A DNA stretch of 59,187 nucleotides from an uncultured bacterium (GCA_964632485.1 CAZWDO010000013.1:62001-121187), one strand, 5' to 3'. Numbered from the stretch's first letter, positions 38,879 through 53,165 are shown. Notes: generated from the letters alone by a model not told the origin. A program made the numbers and translations.

Positions 38879-41035
38879 TTAATCAATAAGAATAAATGTC
38901 AGAGATTTTGAAATGGTTTGCTCGCTGAGATGATCAGTTACCGTAACCGCGAGTTTGCATTCCCCGGAAGGAATCTTTTTTAGATCGAGTTGGAAAAGCT
39001 CCCGATTGTCACTTCCTTTTCCCTGGTATTCCAGCGCGACTTCGATGGATCCGGGTTTTCCGCCGAAAAGCGGTGATACTAAATAGTTGTAGAGTTTTTT
39101 CAGAGCATTGGTGCGGGGTTTTGTCGATATAATTTTATATGAGACCAAATATGTGTTGTAGTTGTTGATTTCGCGGAGTCGGCCGATTTCTAATAGTACG
39201 TAGTTTTGATTTGATTTTTTAATCACTTCGAACGGGTAGGGGGAGAGATTCTCTGCAATGCGTGAAGTATCGTTTTCCGGGAAGATACTAATCATTAGAT
39301 CGCTGAGTGAAGGACTCTGGCTGAAGGCATCAATATGAATTGGCCGGCGGGTAACTCCGCGATGTCCCGAATGATGGTCCACCAGGTTGACGATCAGTTC
39401 ATAGTTGCCGGGTTCGACTTCGATGTTCAATTTGAATACCGAATAATAGCTGACGTCTCGCTTATTTTTAAAGTAAAATAATTGGGTGCGGTCAATGCGC
39501 TGGATTGTTTGATCTTTTTTATTTTCCAGAAGAACGGTAATATTTATCTGAATTTGTCCAAAATAGGGATCGGAGGGAATAATGGTCAAATGCTCCGTCG
39601 GTACCCCAAAGTGTAGTTGAATGGATGTTTTGGCAGAATCTCCCCGGTACTGGTAGGTTTTTATATGATATGAAAATATTTCATCGCGGCTACCCATAAG
39701 CGAAACGTCCTGTTGGATCGCATTGGCTGTTTGAGTTTTATCGTATTGAAACTGGTTGTCAACTTGTTCGACATCAAACATCAAATTATTGTTGGAACGG
39801 CTTTGCATGATGCTGCTCAACTGGTTTGTTGCCTTTTCGTAGGAATATGATAAATGGCTGCGTTCCCGGTACAGCTCATAAAGCAAAGAGTAGTTATCAT
39901 TATAGCGTCGCAACGCTTCCTTGAGTGAGGGAACTAGTAAGTAAATGTTTTCGGTGCGAACAAAGTCAAAAACAACTTCCTGCTTGTAGATCAGGTAAAT
40001 CCAACTTTCATTCGGCAGCACATCGCTATTCATGATACTTGATCGGTACGAGCGGTCCGGGGGTCCATAAAGCAGATATATCCGGCCCCGATCATCGTAT
40101 CGTGTGGGAGAATGCTCGGTACTGTAGGTTTCGCGGACATAGAATGAACGTTTGAGATGTTCAAATAAGCGTTCATTTTCGAGTGTCCGGAAATCGCCGT
40201 CATTTTTTTGCCAGAAATTTTTTATGAAATTTTTTTTAGCTTCGATGGATAGGTCGCGCAGAGAATCCAATTCAGGGATGAGTGTCAATGGCCATAAATA
40301 ATCGATTATTTCCTCCAATAAAGGTCCATCATCAATTTTTTCCAAGGCATCAGTGTAATACTGGGTGCATTTTGTAATATTATTCATTAATAGATAGTTC
40401 AACGCCATGTAATAATAGATCCGGCCCCGATCATCGGTTTTCAATCCCATATAATCAACCAGAAGCTTTAATGATGCCGAGGGCTGTTTCATCCGGTGAA
40501 GATAGATTGCCTTTAAAAGGAGTACGTCCTCGAAACTGTGATCAATTGAAATAGCCTGGTCGATAAACGGTAAGCCATCACTTAAAGCGGCATCCCCTGC
40601 CTTGAATAGATAGGCGCGGGCGATCAGATAATAACCCCACACGCTATCCGTTTTCAAATCGATTATCGTTTGAAACTCATCGCGCGCTTTGGAAAAATAA
40701 TCTATTTTCAAAAGTCTTTTAAGTTGTTCAAATGGGATTAGCTTGGCTTTAGGCCTTCGTAAATAAATCTCACCCAGATAATAGTGGCTTTGTAATTCAG
40801 TTGTGTGATTTTTTTTTGAAATTTTAAACAGTTTCTCTGCGGCGCGATCTTGTTCAAGAAGGAAGAGTTTTTGCCCGATGGCAAATATCAATACGGGGTC
40901 GCTTTCACTTTCTTTGCTGATCGAATCGCTGATAGCATCTGCGTCGGCTTGCAGTAGTGAATCCGGCCAGGGAAGTGGATTGGCCGCGCTTACGGAAATC
41001 AGGAATAAAAAAAATAGAAGTATTATATAATTCAT
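38879..41035 (-). CDS. TPR + GWxTD-like domain exported protein
   Basis: Signal peptide, TPR-like helices, FW...D...T.ENE, DDRGRIYLLYGPPD, ESWIY, and Ig-like C-terminal domains (PGNYEL, LSDL). Confidence 0.8.
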   Translation of the reverse strand: MNYIILLFFLFLISVSAANPLPWPDSLLQADADAISDSISKESESDPVLIFAIGQKLFLLEQDRAAEKLFKISKKNHTTELQSHYYLGEIYLRRPKAKLIPFEQLKRLLKIDYFSKARDEFQTIIDLKTDSVWGYYLIARAYLFKAGDAALSDGLPFIDQAISIDHSFEDVLLLKAIYLHRMKQPSASLKLLVDYMGLKTDDRGRIYYYMALNYLLMNNITKCTQYYTDALEKIDDGPLLEEIIDYLWPLTLIPELDSLRDLSIEAKKNFIKNFWQKNDGDFRTLENERLFEHLKRSFYVRETYSTEHSPTRYDDRGRIYLLYGPPDRSYRSSIMNSDVLPNESWIYLIYKQEVVFDFVRTENIYLLVPSLKEALRRYNDNYSLLYELYRERSHLSYSYEKATNQLSSIMQSRSNNNLMFDVEQVDNQFQYDKTQTANAIQQDVSLMGSRDEIFSYHIKTYQYRGDSAKTSIQLHFGVPTEHLTIIPSDPYFGQIQINITVLLENKKDQTIQRIDRTQLFYFKNKRDVSYYSVFKLNIEVEPGNYELIVNLVDHHSGHRGVTRRPIHIDAFSQSPSLSDLMISIFPENDTSRIAENLSPYPFEVIKKSNQNYVLLEIGRLREINNYNTYLVSYKIISTKPRTNALKKLYNYLVSPLFGGKPGSIEVALEYQGKGSDNRELFQLDLKKIPSGECKLAVTVTDHLSEQTISKSLTFILID

Positions 41036-42159
41036 AAATCTGTTGAAGGGGGTGAAGGGGTTTCAATTTCAGTGATTTTGTTACTCATTAGAATGTCGAT
41101 AAATTGAAGCGAGGGTACGTTTTTACAAATAATTTTAATGATGGCGGTAATGGGAATTCCAATGAACATGCCTTGAATGCCCCACAACCATCCCCAGAAA
41201 ATTAAAGAAATCAATACAGTCACCGGGCTCATGTCCAGGCTTTCACCCGTTAGATAAGGGTCGAGAATGTTTCCCATGATCATTTGTAGAAACGTCAAGG
41301 TCATGAGTATCCAGAAGGGTATCATTAAATCGCCGAATTGAACTAGTGTCTGGATCGCCGGCAACAGAGTCGCGATAATCGAACCGATGTTGGGGATGAA
41401 ATTGAGGATAAATGTCAGCACTCCCCATATAATGGCAAAATCGACCCCATAAATGACCAAAATGATATAGGCGCCCAGACCGGTAAAAAAACTAATCAGG
41501 CTTTTTGTGAGCAGATAGGAGAAAACCTGTTGTTTAATGCCGCGGATGACGTTGTTCCAACTATAAGTAAAATGATAGGCAATATTAATCTTTTTAGTAA
41601 AACTCCCCTCACTCATTTGAAGGAAAATAAAGATAATCAGGATCAGAAAGAAGCGGGAGCCAAATCCAATAATGGAATTAAACAACATGGTGATCATTTG
41701 AGATAGCGAATTAGTTTCATCGAATTTAGAGAGAAATGAGTGCTTTACTATATTGGAAAAAAAAGGGAATTGATTGAGAAGTTGTTTGTAGGTCAAACTG
41801 ATTTTTGATCCGTATTCGGGAAGTTGGTTCATAAAAGCGCCGAAGCTGGTATAAATGATAATCCCAACGGTTTGCAGTATGACGAATAGCAGAATGAATG
41901 TCAGCGCAGTGGCCAGAAAATTGGGTACCTTTTTCCGTTTGAGAAAAACGATAATCGGGCTGAAGAGGATATGTAGAAATCCTGCTACGATAATGGGTAC
42001 CATTACGTCTTTCATAGGTCGGAGAATGAAGCCCACCAAAAGAACGCTGAAAATTGCCAAAAGAAACAGGTTGATTTCCGAGAGGCGGGAGACACGGTTG
42101 ATGATATTTTTTTGGTTTTGGTTAAAGGTCATGGTAAAAAAAAGGGCAGGTATAATCAC
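41032..42159 (-). CDS. AI-2E family transporter
   Basis: FILNFIPNIGS, GNILDPYLTGESLDMSP and FWGWLWGIQGM. The true start may be the ATG at 42132. Confidence 0.9.
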   Translation of the reverse strand: MIIPALFFTMTFNQNQKNIINRVSRLSEINLFLLAIFSVLLVGFILRPMKDVMVPIIVAGFLHILFSPIIVFLKRKKVPNFLATALTFILLFVILQTVGIIIYTSFGAFMNQLPEYGSKISLTYKQLLNQFPFFSNIVKHSFLSKFDETNSLSQMITMLFNSIIGFGSRFFLILIIFIFLQMSEGSFTKKINIAYHFTYSWNNVIRGIKQQVFSYLLTKSLISFFTGLGAYIILVIYGVDFAIIWGVLTFILNFIPNIGSIIATLLPAIQTLVQFGDLMIPFWILMTLTFLQMIMGNILDPYLTGESLDMSPVTVLISLIFWGWLWGIQGMFIGIPITAIIKIICKNVPSLQFIDILMSNKITEIETPSPPSTDL

Positions 42160-42178
42160 CTGCCCTTGGAAAGTTTGG

Positions 42179-44362
<2,184 letters not shown>

Positions 44363-44529
44363 GATGCCTCCCTGGTTAGAGTATGAAGTTTAAGAAACCG
44401 GTTTGTTCCGCTTTAAATCCATAAATTTCCGCATCTCATTGTCAACCAATATAAGCAAAAAAAAAATGATAGTCAACAAAAAAATTATTTTTCTCTTGCC
44501 TTTTGCATTAACTTTTCATAATTATTAAC

Positions 44530-45543
44530 ATGATGAAAATGCGCATTAGATTGGAAGACTACCAAGCCCGCCCTCTATTCCGTTTGTTGACCTTCCCGGT
44601 TTATCTGGTTATTGCTGCGATAGCTCTGATCCGTTCATTGTTCATGCGGGTTTATCCGGGTGTTTATAGGCGGGATCTCTATATCATTGGAATCGGGAAC
44701 CTGGATGTGGGAGGAACGGGGAAAACTCCCCTGGAATTGGAGATTGCGCGGCTTTTTATGGGGCATGTCAATATTGTTACCCGTGGCTATCGCCGTCGGA
44801 TTCGTTCCGATATTTTTGGAACCGGAGAAACCCTCTTGCGGCGCTACCATGCCGCTGAAATTGGGGATGAAGCCTGGTGGCTGGCCCAGGCCCTGCCCGA
44901 AGCGTATTTCTGCATTACCCGGGATAAAGACCATGTGTTACGGCATCATACGTTTCCTTACACTATAACCATTGTGGACGATGCTTTTCACCGTTTTCGC
45001 GTGCGCCAGCAGCGCCGTATCTGTGTGCTAGATGCCGCAACTCCTTTGGGAACGTCGGCGCTTTTGCCCTGGGGACGGCGGCGCCATTTGCTGAATGAAT
45101 TATCCTTTGCCGATATCGTTTGCTTTCATCGCGTCAATTACTGTTCTCCTACGGAATTGAAAACTAACCGCGAAATAGCCGGGCGAATAGCGCCTCATGC
45201 CCGATTCCTGTTTTGCGCATATTCTCCTATGGGTTTGAAAACCAGGGGTTCCACCTTATTCCCAATGGAACTGCTTGCCTCAAAGAAGATACTTGCTTTT
45301 TGCGGCATCGCCCGCCCTCACTATTTTTTTTCTATTCTGGAACCCTATGCGCTGTCAATGGAAACTATTATCTTGCCGGATCATGCCGTTTACGATACGT
45401 CATTATTGAATAATCTATCGGAAGCTCTGGCTTCTAATCGTTACGATTACCTGGTAACTACCGAGAAAGATTGGGTGAAATTATCGGCTCTCTATAACGA
45501 CCCATGTCTGTTGGCCCTAATCATGAAAATCACCTGGGAGTAG
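44530..45543 (+). CDS. lpxK: Tetraacyldisaccharide 4'-kinase
   Basis: IGNLDVGGTGKTP, RGY, GDEA, DDAF, AFCGIARP, PDH and TTEKDWVKL. Confidence 0.9.
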   Translation: MMKMRIRLEDYQARPLFRLLTFPVYLVIAAIALIRSLFMRVYPGVYRRDLYIIGIGNLDVGGTGKTPLELEIARLFMGHVNIVTRGYRRRIRSDIFGTGETLLRRYHAAEIGDEAWWLAQALPEAYFCITRDKDHVLRHHTFPYTITIVDDAFHRFRVRQQRRICVLDAATPLGTSALLPWGRRRHLLNELSFADIVCFHRVNYCSPTELKTNREIAGRIAPHARFLFCAYSPMGLKTRGSTLFPMELLASKKILAFCGIARPHYFFSILEPYALSMETIILPDHAVYDTSLLNNLSEALASNRYDYLVTTEKDWVKLSALYNDPCLLALIMKITWE

Positions 45544-45547
45544 AAAC

Positions 45548-48526
45548 ATGGATATGCAGGAACTGAATTACTATTATAATCGATTTCGGTATGGCGAGGA
45601 TAATTATCATGAGTTGATGCAATTTCGAGTTAGAGAAATTTTACTGATTTCCACTTTTTATGATGCCTACATTTTTCAGGAGGACGGTCGTCTGTCCGAA
45701 GAGATATTTGGCGAATACTATAAACTGAACCTTTCCTGGGCGCCGCGTGTGACCAGTGTTCCAAGCGGAGAAGACGCTCTGAAAGAAGTTGAAAAAGGTC
45801 ATTTCGATCTGGTGATTACCACTATGCGGATTGGCAAGCTTTCGCCATTTGATTTGTCGCGCAATATTAAGGAGAAGCGACCTGACTTGCCGGTACTGCT
45901 TTTAATGAACGTCCAATCCGACCTGTCAATAGTCGAACGCAATAAAGATAAAATTGCCTGGTTGGATGATATCTATTTTTGGAACGGCGATTCAAAAATT
46001 TTTTTAGCCATGGTGAAATATATTGAGGATTTGAAAAATGTGGCGTATGATACCCAAAAAGGACTGATTAGCCTTATTCTGTTGGTTGAAGATTCAATCA
46101 AATTCTATTCGATCCTGCTTCCCCTGTTGTTTACGGAAGTAATGAAACAGACGCAGTATTTACTTTCCGACGAATTGACCGATATGCAGAAAAACTATCG
46201 GATGCGCGCACGGCCGAAGGTATTGATGGCGCATACTTATAATGATGCGCTTTCGATTTGTCGGCGTTATAAGGATTATCTGATTGCCGTTATTTCGGAT
46301 GTATCTTTTCCTCGCGACGAACAATGCGATGAACAAGCCGGAATTACTCTGATCCGGCATTTGAAATCGGAGAATTTTGATATTGCCTATTTATTGCAAT
46401 CCTCGGATTTGCGGCATAGTCAGGTGGCAAAGGAATTGAAAGTGGAATTTGTCCATAAGAATTCCAAGACGTTGTTGAATGAACTCAGTCAGTTTATCAA
46501 TATCAACCTTGGATATGGGGATTTCATTTTTCGTGACAGTAAGGGCAAGCCCGTGGAAAGAGCCCGTTCCCTGGCTGAGTTTGAGTCCAAACTGGCAGCG
46601 GTTCCGGTAGAATCGCTGCTTTATCATAGTCGTCGGAATGATTATTCCGCCTGGCTGATTGCGCATGGAGAGGTTCAGGTCGCTCGAGCCATTCGCCCGG
46701 TAAAGGATTCAGATTTTCTCACTCCTGAAGATCACCGACGTTTTCTCATTAATATTTTTAAAGAAGTCTGGGCACTGAAGAATCGTGGCCAGATTGTCAA
46801 TTTTGAATCCGGCAACTGGAGAGACGGCAAACAAATCGTGCGTTTAGCCGATGGTTCGCTGGGTGGTAAGGGACGGGGGATTGCTTTTTTAAATGCCTTG
46901 CTGACGACGATGGAATTTGAAAAACGGTTTCCCCAGGTTCATATTCAAATTCCGCGCACAACGATCATTGGTACCAGCGAATATGATTATTTTATCAATA
47001 CCAATCAATTGCTGTCGGCCATGGCATGCGATGACGACCAGGAAATCAAACAGCGCTTCCTATCGGGTGCTCTCTCGCCGGTACTGCTGGATAAACTGCG
47101 GATTTTTTTGAGTTATTTTCGTAACCCACTGGCCGTCCGTTCCTCAGGATTGCTTGAGGACTCGCAATCGCAACCATTCGCCGGGGTTTTCCAGACTTAT
47201 ATGATATCCAACAATGAGGCCGATGACAATGAACGTTTACGGCAATTATGCAATGCTATAAAGCTGGTCTTTGCCTCGGTTTTTTTACGCAATGCCCGAT
47301 ATTATATCGAGCATATTCATTTTCGGGTGGAGGAAGAAAAAATGGCGGTCATTATTCAGGAAATCGCCGGGCGCCGCTATGATACACATTTTTATCCCCA
47401 TATTTCCGGTGTCGCCCAATCTTATAATTACTATCCACAAGCCTATATGAAACATGCCGACGGCGTGGTTTCAATGGCCCTGGGGTTGGGACAGGCTGTT
47501 GTCGAGGGGGAAAGAACCTTTCGCTTCTGTCCCAAATATCCGGAGCTTCAGGGATTGGCACCGGAACAATTGCTCAAGCATTCGCAAACTCATTTTTATG
47601 CCATTGATATGCTGACTGATAAATCGCTTTTGGAGGAGGGAGAACATGCCCGGCTGGTCCGTTTAACGTTACGGACCGCAGAAAAGGAAGGGTCGCTTTG
47701 GCACCTGGCTTCGGTCTGGGATAATGACAATCACCGTTTAGTGGACGATCTGTCGTTAATCGGTCCACGAGTGGTCACTTTTGCCAATGTTTTACGTTAT
47801 AATTTTTTTCCTTTGGCCGATATCTTGAATGAACTGCTGGACATTGGGGAAAAGGCGTTGGGAGTACCCGTGGAAATCGAGTTTGCAGTGGATTTGACAC
47901 GGGATATCAAACAGAATATCTGGCCTTCATTTTATGTATTACAGATTCGCCCGTTGACTGTTAACCTGGAAGAGACAACGATTGAGCTCAATCAGATTGA
48001 TCCGTCGGAGTTGCTGCTTGTTACCGAAAAAGGGATGGGCCATGGCATTCTTGATCATTTAACGGATTTGATATATGTGGATCCGAAACTGTTTAATAAC
48101 AATCAGACACTGGAAATGCTGGCGGAAATCGCTGAATTGAATCAGTCTCTGGAAAAAGAAGGCCGGTCATATATACTGGTAGGGCCGGGCCGCTGGGGAT
48201 CCCGCGATCGTTTCTTAGGTATCCCTGTACAGTGGATGCATATCAGCCAGGCGCGAATTATTGTTGAAGTCGGTATCGAGGGATTTGAGGTAGATGCCTC
48301 CCAGGGCGCTCATTTTTTCCATAATCTGGTCGCCATGAACGTCGGTTATTTTACGGTACCCTATCGTTCCGCTACAGATAAAATGGATTGGGACTGGCTT
48401 CATTGCCAACAAATATTTCATAAAAAAAATCATCTGCTCCATCTCCGATTCGATAAATCGTTGCTGGTGAAGATGGATGGGCGGAGCGGCCTGTGCGTTA
48501 TTTATAAACCCGGGTATGCAACTTGA
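45548..48526 (+). CDS. Receiver-like domains fused to a PEP synthase/PPDK ATP-grasp domain (gdh-associated family)
   Basis: Two REC-like regions (ILLVEDS), GSLGGKGRG, AVRSSGLLEDS, FAGVF, EEKMAVIIQE, GPGRWGS and SQGAHFFHN. No phosphocarrier-His (TSHAA) motif is seen. Confidence 0.85.
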   Translation: MDMQELNYYYNRFRYGEDNYHELMQFRVREILLISTFYDAYIFQEDGRLSEEIFGEYYKLNLSWAPRVTSVPSGEDALKEVEKGHFDLVITTMRIGKLSPFDLSRNIKEKRPDLPVLLLMNVQSDLSIVERNKDKIAWLDDIYFWNGDSKIFLAMVKYIEDLKNVAYDTQKGLISLILLVEDSIKFYSILLPLLFTEVMKQTQYLLSDELTDMQKNYRMRARPKVLMAHTYNDALSICRRYKDYLIAVISDVSFPRDEQCDEQAGITLIRHLKSENFDIAYLLQSSDLRHSQVAKELKVEFVHKNSKTLLNELSQFININLGYGDFIFRDSKGKPVERARSLAEFESKLAAVPVESLLYHSRRNDYSAWLIAHGEVQVARAIRPVKDSDFLTPEDHRRFLINIFKEVWALKNRGQIVNFESGNWRDGKQIVRLADGSLGGKGRGIAFLNALLTTMEFEKRFPQVHIQIPRTTIIGTSEYDYFINTNQLLSAMACDDDQEIKQRFLSGALSPVLLDKLRIFLSYFRNPLAVRSSGLLEDSQSQPFAGVFQTYMISNNEADDNERLRQLCNAIKLVFASVFLRNARYYIEHIHFRVEEEKMAVIIQEIAGRRYDTHFYPHISGVAQSYNYYPQAYMKHADGVVSMALGLGQAVVEGERTFRFCPKYPELQGLAPEQLLKHSQTHFYAIDMLTDKSLLEEGEHARLVRLTLRTAEKEGSLWHLASVWDNDNHRLVDDLSLIGPRVVTFANVLRYNFFPLADILNELLDIGEKALGVPVEIEFAVDLTRDIKQNIWPSFYVLQIRPLTVNLEETTIELNQIDPSELLLVTEKGMGHGILDHLTDLIYVDPKLFNNNQTLEMLAEIAELNQSLEKEGRSYILVGPGRWGSRDRFLGIPVQWMHISQARIIVEVGIEGFEVDASQGAHFFHNLVAMNVGYFTVPYRSATDKMDWDWLHCQQIFHKKNHLLHLRFDKSLLVKMDGRSGLCVIYKPGYAT

Positions 48527-48544
48527 TAACAAGAAGGTAATGCC

Positions 48545-50656
48545 ATGGCAGGAAAAGATTTTGCTACTTTGATCGTCCGTAAGGATGATTTTACGATGAT
48601 TCGCGTTAATTCTCAGTTCACCCAACTTCTGGAAATTGATCAGGAAGATTTAACTGGTCAGCCGATCCGGACGATTGTCCATCCGGATGATCATGCCAGG
48701 CTTCAGCAAATATTGAAGCAGGGATTAGAACAATATTCCATGGATTTGCGGCTGATGGCAAAAAATGGATCGGTTATTTCACTTTATGTTACGATTAAAC
48801 TGAATAGTATCACCCAAAACTATATCTTCTATTTTTATTCTGACCAGTCTTTAAAGGACATGGAGGAAGAACGGAATCGCATAAAGACCGAATTGCTACA
48901 GGGTATAGAAGGGTATCGAAATTTTTTTGAGGAAGCCCATCTGGCTATGTGCCGAACAAATGCCGATGGGAAAATCATCCTGGCCAATAGCACTTTTTTT
49001 ACCCTGATTGGACAGGATGCGGCCCAGTTGGATTTTTTAGAAAAAAAATTGAATGTCTTTGATTACCATGGTGAAAAGGAACGGTTTTGGGAGTTGATCG
49101 GACGGAACGGCGCTATCCATTCTGCGGATTTTCAATGGACCCTGGAAAATGGGAAGAAAATCATGGTCCGCGAACAACTGAATATCGTTCAAAATGCTTT
49201 AGGAGATATCCGCTTCTATGATTTCATCATCGAGGATATCAGTACTACCCGGATGAAAGATATCTTACTGGATTTGCAGGATGCCTATTTGAAAATCTGG
49301 TTTGAAAATTCTCCCATTGGCGCTATTCTACTGAGCAATGAAGGTCGGATAATGAATGCCAATCAACGTTTTTTAGATATGTTCGGATATACCTTAGAGG
49401 AAATCCGGCTTGAATCGATTTTTGATTTGATAGTGCCCCCCGAAGAAAAAAAATCTCGGTTACAACTCATGGAACGCGCCCTGGGGGGCGAGTTGGTTGA
49501 ATTTATGGGTGAAGGGGTAAAAAAGAATGGTCAGCGTCTTGCGTTGCAAATCAAACAACTGCCGGTGATGGTTTCCGATCATGTGAGCTCTACCAGCTCG
49601 TTGATGGGTGTTTGCGCTTTCTATGTCGATATCAGCCCTTTGAAAGAAACGGAACGGAAACTGAAGCGGGCCTTTGCGATTCTGAAAACGATGCTCGAAA
49701 ATATTCCTTTAGCGGTTCTTTTTGTGGACCGTCAGGGACATGTCGTTATGTCTAATCGGGTTTTTTCACAGGAATGGGGAGTGCCCAAGGAGGAAGTAGA
49801 AGGCCATGATTTTATCCGGCTTTTTGAACCCTGGCCTCAATTTGTTGCGCAGCATGATAAGACTCTGGCTACCGGACAGCCATCCACAATATGCATCCAG
49901 GAATTCGGACCCCATAAAGATGCGATCTATGAAATATCTCAAACTCGGGTCGATAATGAAGATAACACGATTCTGGGCGTTGTGTCGGTATTTAAAAATA
50001 TTACCGGGCATGTGCAGTCCCAAAATTTGTTGAAAAATTCCCAGGAGATTTTAGAGCGTCAGGTTCAGGAACGTACAGAAAGTTTAGCCGGGATTAATCG
50101 GAAAATAATTGATATTTTAAATTCGGCCATCGATTTGCGCGATCCTTTGACGGCCGGGCATCAAAAACGGGTGACACTGCTGGTGGATAAAATTTCAGCG
50201 GAACTCGATTTGAGTCTGCCGCAACGTAAAATCGTTCATTCTGCGGCTTTGCTCCATGATATCGGCAAACTCAGAATTCCGTTTGAAATCCTGAATCGGG
50301 CGGCATGGCTCGATGAAGATGAACTCAAATTGGTTCGTAAGCACCCCATATATAGTTATGATATGATCCGGGAATTGCCGGAAGATGAGTTGTTTTTTAA
50401 AATCATCCTCCAGCATCAGGAATCGCAGGATGGGTCCGGGTATCCGCATGGGTTGAAGAATGATGAAATTATTTTCGAAGCCCGCATCCTGCATGTAGCG
50501 GATGCCGTTGAGGCAATGCTGTCATTCCGTCCGCATCGGCCACCCCTGTCGCTCAATCAGGTAATTCACGAATTAGAAGAGGACAAAGGGAACCGATACG
50601 ATTTGAGAGTTGTTGAGGCTACATTAAAAATTTTGCGAAATGGATTTGTTTTTTAA
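48545..50656 (+). CDS. Multi-PAS + HD-GYP phosphodiesterase
   Basis: Four PAS-like domains; RDPLTAGHQ, HDIGK, HQESQDGSGYP, ADAVEAM and RPHRP. Confidence 0.9.
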   Translation: MAGKDFATLIVRKDDFTMIRVNSQFTQLLEIDQEDLTGQPIRTIVHPDDHARLQQILKQGLEQYSMDLRLMAKNGSVISLYVTIKLNSITQNYIFYFYSDQSLKDMEEERNRIKTELLQGIEGYRNFFEEAHLAMCRTNADGKIILANSTFFTLIGQDAAQLDFLEKKLNVFDYHGEKERFWELIGRNGAIHSADFQWTLENGKKIMVREQLNIVQNALGDIRFYDFIIEDISTTRMKDILLDLQDAYLKIWFENSPIGAILLSNEGRIMNANQRFLDMFGYTLEEIRLESIFDLIVPPEEKKSRLQLMERALGGELVEFMGEGVKKNGQRLALQIKQLPVMVSDHVSSTSSLMGVCAFYVDISPLKETERKLKRAFAILKTMLENIPLAVLFVDRQGHVVMSNRVFSQEWGVPKEEVEGHDFIRLFEPWPQFVAQHDKTLATGQPSTICIQEFGPHKDAIYEISQTRVDNEDNTILGVVSVFKNITGHVQSQNLLKNSQEILERQVQERTESLAGINRKIIDILNSAIDLRDPLTAGHQKRVTLLVDKISAELDLSLPQRKIVHSAALLHDIGKLRIPFEILNRAAWLDEDELKLVRKHPIYSYDMIRELPEDELFFKIILQHQESQDGSGYPHGLKNDEIIFEARILHVADAVEAMLSFRPHRPPLSLNQVIHELEEDKGNRYDLRVVEATLKILRNGFVF

Positions 50657-50662
50657 ATTAAC

Positions 50663-50691
50663 TTGACAGTCGCCTCTATTTTTGTTTTAAT
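50663..50691 (+). promoter_or_regulatory. Sigma70-type promoter for gdhA
   Basis: TTGACA-17bp-TTTAAT. Confidence 0.55.
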
Positions 50692-50701
50692 AGTAGTTTA
50701 G

Positions 50702-52111
<1,410 letters not shown>

Positions 52112-52126
52112 TATTTTTTTGTTTGG

Positions 52127-52149
52127 CCGGGTATCGCTCCGATACCCGG
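52127..52149. terminator. Hairpin after gdhA
   Basis: CCGGGTATCG-ctc-CGATACCCGG. There is no clear U-tract, so termination is uncertain. Confidence 0.45.
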
Positions 52150-52669
52150 TCAATTACTGAAATTTGACGGATTCGATATTGCAATCCGGATGAAGTTTAC
52201 GATTATAATGATATACCTGAAATTGCTAATAAAATTATTTTTGCAAAGAACAGTCTCTTTATCCATTACTATTTGCGCTATCATAGCGGGAACCCTTGCC
52301 GGTCGCCCACTCTCCCCTTATTTCCTCGCTGGCGGGCATCTCTTTACCGTCGCCGTCACTCCGTCGCTTTTATCTGTCATTCTGGACTCCGATCCGGAAT
52401 CCATTGTCAATTAACGCATTGCGGACATTCGTAGATGTTTTGCACCGGTCGATGAGACGCTTCGTTTAATTGCTTTCAGCAAGCGATTTGGGAAAAATTC
52501 CCTATTTTTGAGGCAAAAAATGCGAATTATGTAGAATATTTACCTGTTTTTTAGATAGAAAATCGATTTATAGTAGAATAATTCCCCATTTTGAACAGTT
52601 TTTAAAAAGTTGACAGAACTGTAAAATGCAACTCGTTGCCCGATAACGGATTAAGATATGGTATAATTC

Positions 52670-52685
52670 TGGCATGAAAACTGCA
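52670..52685 (+). promoter_or_regulatory. Sigma54 (-24/-12) promoter
   Basis: TGGCATGAAAACTGCA at exact spacing. Related imperfect palindromes lie upstream (52489-52504, 52531-52544, 52573-52587). Confidence 0.75.
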
Positions 52686-52695
52686 TATATATTAT

Positions 52696-53165
52696 CGGCG
52701 CCAATGAGTCCAAAAAAGAGCGATCCCATCGCCCCGGCAGGTAGTCGCCCTTCGGCTGTCGCGCTCCCCTCGCTGGCGCTCTTTCTCCCTCGCGTTCCCG
52801 CGATCCCGGATGCGTCGAATCAACGGCGCGGGCGCGGTTGGAGAACCCGCAGCCACGGTCGCTCCGGAAGAGTGACGCTCGTTTTGCTGACCGCAAGACT
52901 TGGAACAGGCATTCGACCGGTTCGCCGCATCCGGGTTTAAGGTCAGCGTAAGCGCGATCTCTTTTCCGAACGTTATGGATTTCGTACCAGGATTTTAATA
53001 ATAAACCCGGGAGGTTATCAACGAACCACGGCTGAAGCAGAACATTTGCGTTTTCGTCCGAGGCTCGTCCGATTCCCACGGCCCACAATACCGCTGAGCG
53101 ATCATGCCCGCCTGCTGAGACAATTCCGGCCGGCTTCAGCGCCGGAGGTGAATGTTGCGCTCAGG
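52696..53165 (+). ncRNA. Candidate structured sigma54-driven RNA
   Basis: GC-rich stretch starting at the predicted TSS with several long complementary segments and no credible ORF. Confidence 0.4.
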
